64,000 nucleotides of DNA from an uncultured Erysipelotrichaceae bacterium (GTDB lineage Bacteria; Bacillota_I; Bacilli_A; RF39; UBA660): contig CACYWH010000005.1 of NCBI GenBank assembly GCA_902778125.1, forward strand, positions 6,101 to 70,100, given 5' to 3'. A program made the translations under genes and the position numbers. The notes under the pieces are model-generated. The model made no database searches, was not told the origin of the DNA, and saw only the letters and a list, made by a program, of their open reading frames with translations. Below, piece after piece: positions 29,729-39,694 of the stretch; within the stretch, counting starts at the first letter, position 1, and every line of letters begins with the position of its first letter.

Positions 29729-30921
29729 TTTTCCTCCTTGATTTTTTTATTAAAATTTGTCATTTCAATTTCATATTTATTCTTTCTTGGGAAATAATAT
29801 TTTTTATCTTTTATAGGATCAGGTAAATATTGCTGTTTAACCCAATAATTAGGATAGTTATGAGGATATTTATAATCTTTAGATGTTGTTTTAATATGAT
29901 TAGGAATTCTTCCTACATTTCCTTCATTAATGTCCTTTATTGCAAGATTTATAGCTGTATCTGCAGAATTACTCTTAGGACTTAACGCCATATCAATAAC
30001 AGCAACTGATAAAGGTTTTACAAGTTCTGGATATCCAATTCTTTCACTTGCTTCAATTGCAGCTACTACTTTTTGTCCCATGGTTGGATTAGCAAGTCCG
30101 ATATCCTCATATGCAATAACTAGCATTCTTCTATAAATAGAATCATAATCACCGCTTACAATAAGTCTTGCAAGATAGTGTAGAGCCGCATCTACATCGC
30201 TCCCTCTAATGCTCTTTTGAAAAGCAGAAAGCATATCATAATGCCCATCTTCATTTTTATCTGTAAAAAATGAAGGGGTGTTTCCAATTAATTTTATATT
30301 ATCTATAGTAACTTTTTTGTTATATCCGTAATATAAAAATTCAATTAAGTTATATGCATATCTAATATCACCACTAGATAATTTAGCAATATATTTAATA
30401 GTTTTATTATCTATTTCAATATCTTCTAAAACATTTTTAACTCTTTTAATTCCTTTTTCAATATCATTTTCAGTTAAAGAATGTAATTCTAGTAATTGGC
30501 ATCTACTTCTAATAGCTGGATTTATTGAATGGTAGGGATTAGAATTTGTAAGACCAATTAATGTAATTAATCCACTTTCAATATATGATAATAATAAATC
30601 CTGTTTATCTTTATTCATTCTATGAATTTCATCTACTATGAGTATTATATTTCCATACATTTTTGCTTCTTCAATAACAATTTCAAAATCTTTCTTTGAA
30701 TTAATTGTTGCATTAAGCATTCTGTATCTAGTTTTAAGTTCATTAACTAGTGCTAGGGCAATAGTTGTTTTACCGCAGCCAGATGAACCATATAATATAA
30801 TGTTAAATAGTTTTTTATTTTTTACCAAATTACTTAATATTTTATCTTTACCTATTAAGTGCTCTTGTCCTAGAACATCTTTTAATAGATTTGGCCTTAA
30901 TTTATTTTGCAACAATTCCAT
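29725..30921 (-). CDS. rarA: Replication-associated recombination protein A (MgsA/RarA AAA+ ATPase)
   Basis: LRPNLLKDVLGQEHL, Walker A GSSGCGKTT, Walker B VDEIHRMNK, MgsA C-terminal domain (SAFQKSIRGSD, ALHYLARL). Confidence 0.9.
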   Translation of the reverse strand: MELLQNKLRPNLLKDVLGQEHLIGKDKILSNLVKNKKLFNIILYGSSGCGKTTIALALVNELKTRYRMLNATINSKKDFEIVIEEAKMYGNIILIVDEIHRMNKDKQDLLLSYIESGLITLIGLTNSNPYHSINPAIRSRCQLLELHSLTENDIEKGIKRVKNVLEDIEIDNKTIKYIAKLSSGDIRYAYNLIEFLYYGYNKKVTIDNIKLIGNTPSFFTDKNEDGHYDMLSAFQKSIRGSDVDAALHYLARLIVSGDYDSIYRRMLVIAYEDIGLANPTMGQKVVAAIEASERIGYPELVKPLSVAVIDMALSPKSNSADTAINLAIKDINEGNVGRIPNHIKTTSKDYKYPHNYPNYWVKQQYLPDPIKDKKYYFPRKNKYEIEMTNFNKKIKEEK

Positions 30922-31018
30922 AATAAGTCACCATTTACTATTATATCAATAAAAAAATGAAAATTAAATAAAATTTATATGTATATTATGTTATAATGAT
31001 ATTTGAAAAGGGATGTAT

Positions 31019-32050
31019 ATGAAAAAAGTTATTTTGAGAAGTTTATTATTATTCTTAATTACAGTTATATTGTTTTATTTTATATTAAAAGATAATTTTT
31101 ATGAATCCGTAGATTTATTATCTAAATCAAATTTATTATTTATTGTATTTGCAATGTTTTTTTATGCTTTATATATTATATCTGAAGCATATCTTTTAAA
31201 AATGCTAATTAACAGATCTGATAAAAAATATACTATTAAAAAATCTATAGAGTTAACTCTTATGACTAGATTTTTTAATGGAATTACACCGTTTTCTTTA
31301 GGTGGCGAACCATTACAAGTATATGAACTTAGCAAAGAAAATATTAAAGTATCAGATAGTATTTTAGCCATAACAGAAGCATTTATCATTCATGAAATAA
31401 CAGTAACATTTTTAACAATAATTGCTATAATTTTAAAGTATGTCTTTAATTTAATTCCAAGTGGTTTTTTATGGTCAATGACTCTTATTGGATTTTTAGT
31501 TAATTTTATAATTATATTTGTTGTATCATTTATTTGCATAAAGATTAATGTAGCTAAAAAAATAGGAACTATTCTTATTAAAATATTAGGAAAAATACAT
31601 TTAATAAAAGATGTAGATTCGTCAATAAAAGGATGGAATGATAAATGTATTGAATATTCCAAAGGATATAAAGCATTATTAAAAGATAAAACATTTATGT
31701 TTAAAAGTATTATGGTAAATAGCATTTCAATGATAGCTTATTACTGTATAGCATATTTTGCAATAATGTCAGTAGCTTCAGATATAAATATCAATTTTAT
31801 GTATTCTTTAATATTATCTACATTAATATATATTTCAGCAACATTTGTGCCTATTCCAGGTGGAAGCGTTGGAATTGAATATGCATATTTAAACTATTAT
31901 ATCCTTATAGCTGATGAAAACATTGTTGTAGTAAGTCTATTATTATGGAGATTCATTTCATTCTATCTTCCAATGATAATGGGAGGCATATTATTTAATA
32001 TAATTGACAATAAACGTAGTTTAGAGTGTAAAGAGGTTGACAAAAATTAA
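31019..32050 (+). CDS. Flippase-like/UPF0104 (lysylphosphatidylglycerol-synthase TM-region family) membrane protein
   Basis: ~8 TM helices. GGEPLQVYEL and PIPGGSVGIEY motifs are characteristic of the LPG_synthase_TM family. Confidence 0.55.
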   Translation: MKKVILRSLLLFLITVILFYFILKDNFYESVDLLSKSNLLFIVFAMFFYALYIISEAYLLKMLINRSDKKYTIKKSIELTLMTRFFNGITPFSLGGEPLQVYELSKENIKVSDSILAITEAFIIHEITVTFLTIIAIILKYVFNLIPSGFLWSMTLIGFLVNFIIIFVVSFICIKINVAKKIGTILIKILGKIHLIKDVDSSIKGWNDKCIEYSKGYKALLKDKTFMFKSIMVNSISMIAYYCIAYFAIMSVASDININFMYSLILSTLIYISATFVPIPGGSVGIEYAYLNYYILIADENIVVVSLLLWRFISFYLPMIMGGILFNIIDNKRSLECKEVDKN

Positions 32051-32091
32051 TAAAAACTATTTATTTCGTAGTATAATTATCATGTGATATT

Positions 32092-33003
32092 ATGATAGAT
32101 ATTGAGATAAAAGAATATATTGATGATTATAGTAATTATCTTAAAGTAGATAAGAACTATTCTTTAAATACTATTGAATCATATATAAGAGATATACGAT
32201 TCTTTTTAGACTATCTTCATAAAAATATTATTGATATAACTAAAAAAGATATAGAAAATTATATAATTTCTAACTTAACTGTTTATAATGAAAGTAGTAT
32301 AAATAGAATAATTGCTAGCATTAAAGGATTCTTTAAATATTTATCTATGTATAAAGGCTTTATTAATGTAAGTGAAGATGTTGAATGCTTGAAAAGGAAA
32401 AAGACATTGCCAAAATATTTATCCGTTGAAGAAGTAGATAAACTTTTAAATATAAAACTTGAAAATGCATTTGATTATAGAAACAAAGCAATACTAGAAC
32501 TTCTTTATGCTACAGGTCTTAGAGCAAGTGAACTTATAAATTTAAATTTAAGCAATATTAATCTTGTAAATATGGTAGTTAATGTATATGGAAAAGGAAG
32601 CAAGGAAAGGATAGTTCCAATATCTAAAATTGCCATTAATTATTTAGATTTATATATTAATCAATATAGAAACATGTTATTTGTTAAGGGTAAAAAGACT
32701 AATGATGTATTGTTTTTAAATAATCATGGTGAAAGAATGACAAGACAAGGATTATATAAAATGATTGGCAAAGTCGCGTTAGCCCAAGGAATAAATAAAG
32801 AAATAACTCCTCATGTTTTAAGACATAGTTTTGCTACACATATGATTGAATATGGTGCAGATATAAGAAGTGTTCAAGAGTTACTTGGCCATGAAAATGT
32901 TATAACTACTGAAGTTTATACTCATCTTGCTGATAATTTTATAAAAGAAAGCTATAAAGAATATTTTAATAGAAGCACAAAGGAGGGCGAAAGTCATGTT
33001 TAA
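32092..33003 (+). CDS. xerD: Tyrosine recombinase XerD/XerC family (chromosome dimer resolution)
   Basis: N-terminal SAM-like domain (YLKVDKNYSLNTIESYIRDIRFF). Catalytic motifs ATGLRASEL, LRHSFATHM and LGHENVITTEVYTHL. Immediately precedes deoB, as ripX-drm does in B. subtilis. Confidence 0.8.
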   Translation: MIDIEIKEYIDDYSNYLKVDKNYSLNTIESYIRDIRFFLDYLHKNIIDITKKDIENYIISNLTVYNESSINRIIASIKGFFKYLSMYKGFINVSEDVECLKRKKTLPKYLSVEEVDKLLNIKLENAFDYRNKAILELLYATGLRASELINLNLSNINLVNMVVNVYGKGSKERIVPISKIAINYLDLYINQYRNMLFVKGKKTNDVLFLNNHGERMTRQGLYKMIGKVALAQGINKEITPHVLRHSFATHMIEYGADIRSVQELLGHENVITTEVYTHLADNFIKESYKEYFNRSTKEGESHV

Positions 33004-34153
33004 AAGAATATTTTTAGTCGTAATGGATAGTGTAGGTGTAGGAGAAGCAGATGATGCAGAAAAGTATGGAGATGTTGGGGCTAATACTTTATTGCACACT
33101 ATAGGAGATGCTTACAATCTAGATGTTTTAGAAATGATGGGGCTTACAACATTAGTTGGAAAAACTGTAGAAAATACTAGAGGCATATATATGAAAGCAA
33201 AACCTAAAAATCTTGCTAAGGATACTTTAAATGGACATTATGAAATGATGGGTATTGTGCAAAAAACACCTTATAAAACATATCCTGATGGTTTTCCCCT
33301 TGAATTAATTTCTAAAATTCAACAAGCAACAGGAAGAGAAGTAATCGGAAATATTGCTGCTTCTGGTACTCAAATTATTGAAGATTTGGGTGAAATGCAT
33401 ATGAAAACAGGTGCAATTATAGTTTATACGTCTGCAGATTCAGTACTTCAAATAGCGGCTCATGAAGACATTATTCCCGTTGAAGAATTATATAAAATAT
33501 GTGAGACTGTTAGAGAATTAACTAAAGGCGATGAATATAAAATTGCTAGAATAATAGCAAGACCATTTATAGGAAAACCTGGTTCATTTACTAGAACTCC
33601 AAAAAGACATGATTATGCATTAGATCCACCACTAAATGTACTAGATTTACTTGATAAACATGGAATTCAAACTATAGCAATAGGTAAAATATCTGATATA
33701 TTTAATAATAAAAGTATTGCAGTTAAAATTAAAACGAAAGATAACATTGATGGCATGATGAAATTAATTGATTTTGCTAAAGGTGAATTTAGTGGATTAT
33801 TATTTGCAAACTTAAATGATTTTGATATGTTATATGGACATAGAAGAGATAGAGTTGGCTATCTAAAAGCATTAGAAGAATTTAATTATTATTTGCCAAT
33901 ATTACTTAAGAATCTTCATAAAGATGACTTACTCATCATAACTGCTGATCATGGTAATGATCCTACCTTTAAAGGAACTGATCATACGAGAGAAAATGTA
34001 CCTATATTAATGTATAGTCCAATATTTAAAAAAGGTAGAAGGTTAGAAGATAGAGAATCTTTTGCTGATATAGGAGCAACAATATTAGATAATTATAATA
34101 TTAAAAACGAATTAGGACTTGGTAAATCTATATTTAATGAATTTAAAAAATAA
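32996..34153 (+). CDS. deoB: Phosphopentomutase
   Basis: VVMDSVGVGE, DFDMLYGHRRD, TADHGNDP. AGGAGGG RBS, 8-nt overlap with xerD. Confidence 0.9.
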   Translation: MFKRIFLVVMDSVGVGEADDAEKYGDVGANTLLHTIGDAYNLDVLEMMGLTTLVGKTVENTRGIYMKAKPKNLAKDTLNGHYEMMGIVQKTPYKTYPDGFPLELISKIQQATGREVIGNIAASGTQIIEDLGEMHMKTGAIIVYTSADSVLQIAAHEDIIPVEELYKICETVRELTKGDEYKIARIIARPFIGKPGSFTRTPKRHDYALDPPLNVLDLLDKHGIQTIAIGKISDIFNNKSIAVKIKTKDNIDGMMKLIDFAKGEFSGLLFANLNDFDMLYGHRRDRVGYLKALEEFNYYLPILLKNLHKDDLLIITADHGNDPTFKGTDHTRENVPILMYSPIFKKGRRLEDRESFADIGATILDNYNIKNELGLGKSIFNEFKK

Positions 34154-34177
34154 GTAGATAGTAATATCTACTTTTTA
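34154..34177 (+). terminator. Rho-independent terminator after deoB
   Basis: GTAGATA-gtaa-TATCTAC hairpin followed by TTTTT. Confidence 0.6.
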
Positions 34178-34202
34178 TTGATATAATTATTATGAGGTTT
34201 TT

Positions 34203-35387
34203 ATGGAAATAGGAGAACATTATATAGTTAAAATTACAGATAATGATATTAATGGAAATGGTATAGCGAGAATAGAAAATTTTGTTATATTTATTTTACA
34301 TGCATTAAAAGATGAAGAACTAGAGATTGAAATAACCAATATAAATAAAAGATATGCAAATGCTAAGATAATTAAATTTATTAAAAAAAGTAATAAAAGA
34401 TGCGATGTTGCTTGTAAAAGTTATTCTAAATGCGGTGGATGTGCTTTTCTTCATGTAAATAAAGATATTGAAAACGAGATAAAACTTGATGATATTAATA
34501 AATTATTTAATAAAAATATTAAAGAAATATTAACTAATAATGAATTTAATTATAGAAATAAAGCTACATTTCATATAAAAAATAATACTATTGGATATTA
34601 TAGTGAAAAAACACATGATATTGTACAATTTGATGATTGCTTGATTTTAGATAATAGAATAAATGAAATATATAAGTATTTTAAAAAATCTAGTTTAAAT
34701 AATATAGATAATATAATTGTAAGGGTAACTACAAATGAAATAATGGTTATTATAAATGGTAATCTAAAAGAATTCAATTATAAAGAATTAGTAGAAAAAT
34801 ATAATATTAATTCATTATACTTAAATGATAAATTAATTTATGGAAATGCTTATATATTGGAAATTTTTAATAATTTAAAATATACTATTTATCCAAATGC
34901 ATTTTTTCAAATTAACTATGATAATATGAAGATTTTATATGATAAAGTTCGTGAATATGCCGGAAAAGGAAATAAATTAATTGACTTATATTGTGGCACT
35001 GGAACAATATCATTATATCTATCTGATAATTTTAAAAATGTACTTGGTATAGAAATTAATAAAGAAGCAATACTAAATGCCAATATAAATAAAAAATTAA
35101 ATAATATAACTAACGTAGAATACATATGTGGAGATGCAAGCATACTAAAAAAAGATAATTACGATGTTATTGTATTAGATCCTCCTAGAAGCGGTCTTAG
35201 TACAAAATTAATTGATAAAATAAATGATATTGAACCTACAAAAATTGTATATGTTTCATGTAATTATAAGACTTTAAAAAGAGATATAGATTTATTAAAT
35301 AAATACAATTTAACTAAAATAGAGTGTGTAAATATGTTTAGTAAAACAAAACATATAGAGGTTATTTGTCTATTAGAAAAAATATAA
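34203..35387 (+). CDS. 23S rRNA (uracil-C5)-methyltransferase, RlmD/RlmCD (RumA) family
   Basis: TRAM-like N-terminus, Cys cluster CDVACKSYSKCGGCAF, SAM motifs DLYCGTGT and DPPRSG, catalytic VSCN. Confidence 0.8.
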   Translation: MEIGEHYIVKITDNDINGNGIARIENFVIFILHALKDEELEIEITNINKRYANAKIIKFIKKSNKRCDVACKSYSKCGGCAFLHVNKDIENEIKLDDINKLFNKNIKEILTNNEFNYRNKATFHIKNNTIGYYSEKTHDIVQFDDCLILDNRINEIYKYFKKSSLNNIDNIIVRVTTNEIMVIINGNLKEFNYKELVEKYNINSLYLNDKLIYGNAYILEIFNNLKYTIYPNAFFQINYDNMKILYDKVREYAGKGNKLIDLYCGTGTISLYLSDNFKNVLGIEINKEAILNANINKKLNNITNVEYICGDASILKKDNYDVIVLDPPRSGLSTKLIDKINDIEPTKIVYVSCNYKTLKRDIDLLNKYNLTKIECVNMFSKTKHIEVICLLEKI

Positions 35388-35399
35388 AAGGAGAATAAA

Positions 35400-36086
35400 A
35401 TGAAAAATAAAATTTTTAGTATATTATTTTATATAATTTCTATTTTCCTTATAATTATCTACTTCTATAATAATTTTATTATCAAAATACATCATAATCC
35501 TATATTAAGAGTTATTATACTTTTAATAATATGTGTTTTAACGCATTTTGGAGCCATATTTGGCTCAAAATATAATAAGAAGTATAAATATGTGTTAAAC
35601 AAAATAAATCTCATTATATGGTTTATTTTATACCTAATTTTAATTTTAACCTTAACATTATTTGATTCTTATTTCTTAAGAAGCGGATCTATTATATTTC
35701 CTTGGAATAAAACTTTATTTAGAGATTATATGAACTATGTAATAAATTTAATTCCATTTAAGATAATTTTTCAATATACAATAGGCTTTATTAATGACGA
35801 AGTTTCTCTTAAAATATTTTTATATAATATTTTAGGTAATTTTTTAGCATTTATGCCATTTGCTTTATTTTTACCAAGATTATTTGAAAAAGAGAATAAT
35901 ATGAGAGTATTCATATTTACTATGATTATAATTGTATTATTAATTGAAATATGTCAATTTATTACGTTATCTGGAACATTTGATATAGATGATTTAATAT
36001 TAAATGTAGGTGGTTCATTTATAATGTATAAAATATTAAAAATTAATAAAGTTAATATATTTATAAACAAATTATTAAATAATTAA
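35400..36086 (+). CDS. VanZ family membrane protein
   Basis: Polytopic. NILGNFLAFMPFALFLP and DIDDLILNVGG motifs are typical of VanZ-like proteins. Confidence 0.65.
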   Translation: MKNKIFSILFYIISIFLIIIYFYNNFIIKIHHNPILRVIILLIICVLTHFGAIFGSKYNKKYKYVLNKINLIIWFILYLILILTLTLFDSYFLRSGSIIFPWNKTLFRDYMNYVINLIPFKIIFQYTIGFINDEVSLKIFLYNILGNFLAFMPFALFLPRLFEKENNMRVFIFTMIIIVLLIEICQFITLSGTFDIDDLILNVGGSFIMYKILKINKVNIFINKLLNN

Positions 36087-36096
36087 AGGAGTTGTT

Positions 36097-37161
36097 TTGA
36101 TGATTATGAAAAAAACTAATAGTGAAAGATTATATTATTTGGATTTTTTAAGAATAATATCTGCATTTGCAGTCGTTTTTTTGCACGTTTGTGCGCAAAA
36201 CTGGTTTAATGTGAGTTATAACTCTTATAAATGGAATATTCTAAATATCTATGACAGTTTAGTAAGATGGTGTGTTCCTGTTTTTGTAATGATAAGTGGA
36301 GTTCTCTTTTTACAAAAAGATAAAACGATTAAGGAATTATATTCAAAAAATATTTTTCATATTTTTTTAGTACTAATTCTATGGTCTTTTATATATTCAG
36401 TGGTGGAATTATTCCAAAATAACTTAACTATTAAAGATTCAGTGATATTATTTATTAAAGGGACAGGACACTTATGGTATTTAAAAATGATACTCGGGTT
36501 GTATATTTTAATTCCAATTATTAAAAGAGTAGTACAAGATAAAAAACTAACTAAATATGTTTTGTCTGTAATATTCATATTTTCTATGTTTTTGCCTCAA
36601 TTAATATGTATTATAGGAGTTAAATATGGAACACTTTTGAAAATTTTCAATGATATTATGAAATATAACATATTTACTTATTCATTAGGATTTATTTTCT
36701 ATTTTATTCTTGGATATCATATTAATAATACAGTTATAAGCGATAGGAATAAGAAAGTAATATATGTTTTGGGTTTAGCTGGTTTTTTATTTACTGCTAT
36801 TTCAACGTATTTAATATCAAAATACACAAAAACTAATAATAGTATGTTTTATGATTTTTGTTCAATTAATGTTGCTCTTGAATCAATTGCAATTTTTGTT
36901 TTTGCAAAAGATATTAATTATAAATTTAGCATTAAATCTGAAAAATTTAAAAGAATTATAACGTCTTTATCAAAATATTCATTTGGCTGTTATCTTATTC
37001 ATATGTTGGTTATAAAAGAACTAAGTTATTTTGGATTAAATACGTTATCCTTCAATCCAATCATATCAGTTATTTTTATATCTTTCATTGTAATTATAAT
37101 ATCTTTTGGTATTTCAGCATTAATTAATAACATACCTTTTTTAAAAAAATATGTTGTTTGA
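36097..37161 (+). CDS. Acyltransferase family 3 (membrane O-acyltransferase)
   Basis: YLDFLRIISAFAVVFLHV start motif, ~10 TM. Start is ambiguous (TTG 36097 or ATG 36100). Confidence 0.7.
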   Translation: MMIMKKTNSERLYYLDFLRIISAFAVVFLHVCAQNWFNVSYNSYKWNILNIYDSLVRWCVPVFVMISGVLFLQKDKTIKELYSKNIFHIFLVLILWSFIYSVVELFQNNLTIKDSVILFIKGTGHLWYLKMILGLYILIPIIKRVVQDKKLTKYVLSVIFIFSMFLPQLICIIGVKYGTLLKIFNDIMKYNIFTYSLGFIFYFILGYHINNTVISDRNKKVIYVLGLAGFLFTAISTYLISKYTKTNNSMFYDFCSINVALESIAIFVFAKDINYKFSIKSEKFKRIITSLSKYSFGCYLIHMLVIKELSYFGLNTLSFNPIISVIFISFIVIIISFGISALINNIPFLKKYVV

Positions 37162-37175
37162 AAGGAAAAATAAAT

Positions 37176-38036
37176 ATGTCTAGATTTGAAAGTACTAAAA
37201 TATCTAGTATTTTAGGAATTGTTGCAAATATATTTTTATTGATTATTAAATCAATTATTGGCTTTTTTACTAAAAGTCAATCAATGATTGCTGATGCATT
37301 TAATAGTGCTGGAGATATTTTCTCATCATTAATGACGTATATAGGAAATAAAATATCTAATAAACCAAGCGATGATGATCATAATTTAGGTCATGGAAAA
37401 GCAGAATACATATATTCAATGCTCATTAGTATTTCTATGATACTTATGTCATTATTAATATTAAAAGATTCTGTTTTAACTATTATAAATAAGGAAAAAT
37501 ATAGTTTTTCAATGTGGTTAATTATTATATGTATAATTACAATAATAACTAAAATCTTATTATTTATATATACTAATAAAGTATATAAAAAATATAATAA
37601 TTTACTTGTAAAAGCTAATTCAAAAGATCATTTAAATGATGCGATTATAACTAGTATAAACTTAATATCATGTATACTTGCTAGGTATGGAATTTATTAT
37701 CTTGATGGTGTAGTAGGGGTAATTATTGCATTATGGATTATGTATACATCTATCAAAATATTTATTGAAAGTTATAATGTTTTAATGGATAAAGCAGCAT
37801 CTATTGAAACAAAGAACAAAGTATTAGAAATAGTTAAAAAATATGATGAAATTAAAAGAGTGAACCATTTTAATTCAACTCCGGTTGGCTATAAATATCA
37901 AATATCTTTTACGATATTTGTAGATGGAAATTTATCTACTTATGAAAGTCATGAGATAGCAAACAAATTGGAGAAAGAAATTATTAAAAATATAGATGAA
38001 ATATATTTAGTAGTAATTCATGTTAATCCAATATAA
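37176..38036 (+). CDS. Cation diffusion facilitator family transporter
   Basis: SQSMIADAFNSAGD, DDDHNLGHGKAEY, six TM plus a cytoplasmic C-terminal domain. Start moved to ATG 37176, after AAAGGAAAA. Confidence 0.8.
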   Translation: MSRFESTKISSILGIVANIFLLIIKSIIGFFTKSQSMIADAFNSAGDIFSSLMTYIGNKISNKPSDDDHNLGHGKAEYIYSMLISISMILMSLLILKDSVLTIINKEKYSFSMWLIIICIITIITKILLFIYTNKVYKKYNNLLVKANSKDHLNDAIITSINLISCILARYGIYYLDGVVGVIIALWIMYTSIKIFIESYNVLMDKAASIETKNKVLEIVKKYDEIKRVNHFNSTPVGYKYQISFTIFVDGNLSTYESHEIANKLEKEIIKNIDEIYLVVIHVNPI

Positions 38037-38062
38037 AAGATTCTTTTTTAAGAATCTTTTTT
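38036..38062. terminator. Bidirectional hairpin between the CDF gene and the convergent NlpC/P60 gene
   Basis: AAGATTCTT-tttt-AAGAATCTT hairpin flanked by A- and T-runs. Confidence 0.6.
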
Positions 38063-39434
38063 AATACCACATATTTGTAAGATTTCCATCATTTTCATAG
38101 TATGAATCCATTAAAACTACATGAGGGAATTCGGATAGTAGTGTTTCTTTTGTTTCTTTGGTTATAATTACACCTCGTTCGTCATACCATAATGCTTGTG
38201 CTACATAATAGTAATCTTCATCAATTCCAACTATAATTGCAATATGTCCGCCAGCTTTATAACTATGTAATAAATCTCCAACTTTAATTTGATTAGATTC
38301 AATTAATTTTTTTGAATTTGCAGTTAGTTTTCCAAAATCGGTAAGGTCTGCATCATCTGCAAAACCTGCTCCAATATCACCAACATCATATCCAGCATTT
38401 AAAAGAACCCAAGATACAAATCCACTACAATCAAGTCCATTATCCATTGCTTTATGCATTGGATCACTATATAGGGAACATCCCCATATTTTTGGCTTTC
38501 TGCTTGATTTTGTAATATTATCATATCTTGAAGAGTTTAAATATAATCCAACATGATAATATCGTCCTTCACCATCTATTTTATTACTTTGAGTAATTCT
38601 ACCGTTTTCATTGAAATAATTAATTCTATAAGGAAATTCTAATGTTAAAAACCTTGCAACCTCTACTGCAGATGCCCTTGTTTTAAATCCTACCTTATGT
38701 GCTCTATTATAAAGTATTTCATCTAGTAAATCATTTTCTTCTACAGAATATTTTTCACAAGGTAAAAATTTTTTCTTTAAATCAAATGTTTTTGGTTTAT
38801 CAACTATTAAAGAGGTAGATGTAATTTTAATCTTACTAACGCTACCATTATATTCTGCTGTTATTATGGCATGTCCCTCAGAAATTGTATTAATGTTACC
38901 ATCTTTAACTGAAATTATATTAGTATCGCTGCTTCTCCATTTTATTCTGGGCTTATTTCCAATATAATCATAACTATAATCAAGTTTATACTTATTATTT
39001 ATAGGATAATATTCAGTTTCACTATTAAATTTAAAATTATATACTATTGATTTTTTATTTTTATATATAATTTCCTCATCATTTTTAATATATAAATTAT
39101 GTTTACTATTATCATAATCAAATATACATTCATTATTATTAGCTTTAATCCATGAGTCAGAATTTAGAGTAGGGATACTACTATCATCAGTTAAAATACA
39201 ATAAATATTTTTATCCTTTGATAAGACTATATGTATTTTATTATCATTTACTAATATATTTTTAATTTTTATATTACTTGAAAACATTAATAAGACAATT
39301 ATCAAAATTATTACTAATAATATAAAATATTTTACCCATTTTCTTAATTTTCTTCTTTTATATTTTCTATTTTTTTTATAATATTTGATAGCATTTCTAA
39401 TCATTTGAATTAAAGTAATTTTTTTCTTCTTCAT
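38061..39434 (-). CDS. Membrane-anchored NlpC/P60 (C40) cell-wall peptidase with Big_2-like Ig domain, paralogue A
   Basis: N-terminal TM. Ig-like WRSSDTNIISVKDGNINTISEGHAIITAEYNG. Catalytic GLDCSGFVSWVL (Cys) and AGGHIAIIVG (His). AGGTGA RBS before ATG 39434. Confidence 0.75.
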   Translation of the reverse strand: MKKKKITLIQMIRNAIKYYKKNRKYKRRKLRKWVKYFILLVIILIIVLLMFSSNIKIKNILVNDNKIHIVLSKDKNIYCILTDDSSIPTLNSDSWIKANNNECIFDYDNSKHNLYIKNDEEIIYKNKKSIVYNFKFNSETEYYPINNKYKLDYSYDYIGNKPRIKWRSSDTNIISVKDGNINTISEGHAIITAEYNGSVSKIKITSTSLIVDKPKTFDLKKKFLPCEKYSVEENDLLDEILYNRAHKVGFKTRASAVEVARFLTLEFPYRINYFNENGRITQSNKIDGEGRYYHVGLYLNSSRYDNITKSSRKPKIWGCSLYSDPMHKAMDNGLDCSGFVSWVLLNAGYDVGDIGAGFADDADLTDFGKLTANSKKLIESNQIKVGDLLHSYKAGGHIAIIVGIDEDYYYVAQALWYDERGVIITKETKETLLSEFPHVVLMDSYYENDGNLTNMWY

Positions 39435-39463
39435 TAGAATCACCTATATTAAAATTATAGCAT

Positions 39464-39495
39464 AATAAAAAAAGATATTCATTACAAATATCTTT
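39464..39495 (-). terminator. Rho-independent terminator after the small basic ORF
   Basis: Minus strand: AAAGATATT-tgtaatg-AATATCTTT hairpin followed by TTTTTTT. Confidence 0.6.
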
Positions 39496-39504
39496 TATTT
39501 ACAA

Positions 39505-39633
39505 TTAGCGATTTCTAGATTCAGCATTTTTGCTTCTAGAATTGCTTCTTGCATTATTTCTAGCATTTGATCTACTTTCATGCTTAGCATTACTGTTAGA
39601 TTTACATCTAGAATTATTTCTAGCGTTTGCCAA
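39505..39633 (-). CDS. Unannotated 42-aa Arg/Asn/Ser-rich basic peptide
   Basis: AGGTGGTGA RBS 4 nt before TTG 39633. Translation is MANARNNSRCKSNSNAKHESRSNARNNARSNSRSKNAESRNR. It has its own terminator and internal ARNN/NSR repeats (five TCTAG(A/C) motifs in the DNA). Confidence 0.45.
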   Translation of the reverse strand: MANARNNSRCKSNSNAKHESRSNARNNARSNSRSKNAESRNR

Positions 39634-39694
39634 TTTTATCACCACCTAATATTATTATGGTTATATTAATAATTTAAATGTATATTATTTTAAT

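Noticed and set aside
30969-30996. dif-like string TAAAATTTATA-TGTATA-TTATGTTATAA near xerD
   Set aside because: The right arm and spacer resemble E. coli dif, but the left arm lacks the conserved ...CATAA / ACTTCC features and the inner inverted symmetry. The sequence is better explained as the TGtTATAAT extended -10 promoter of the UPF0104 gene in an AT-rich divergent promoter region.
32092-33003. Tyrosine recombinase as a phage or ICE integrase marking a mobile element
   Set aside because: It has the XerC/D-type N-terminal domain and C-terminal motifs, at 303 aa length. It overlaps deoB as in the B. subtilis ripX-drm arrangement. There are no flanking phage or conjugation genes, no att-like repeats and no adjacent tRNA, and a matching dif site lies in the window.
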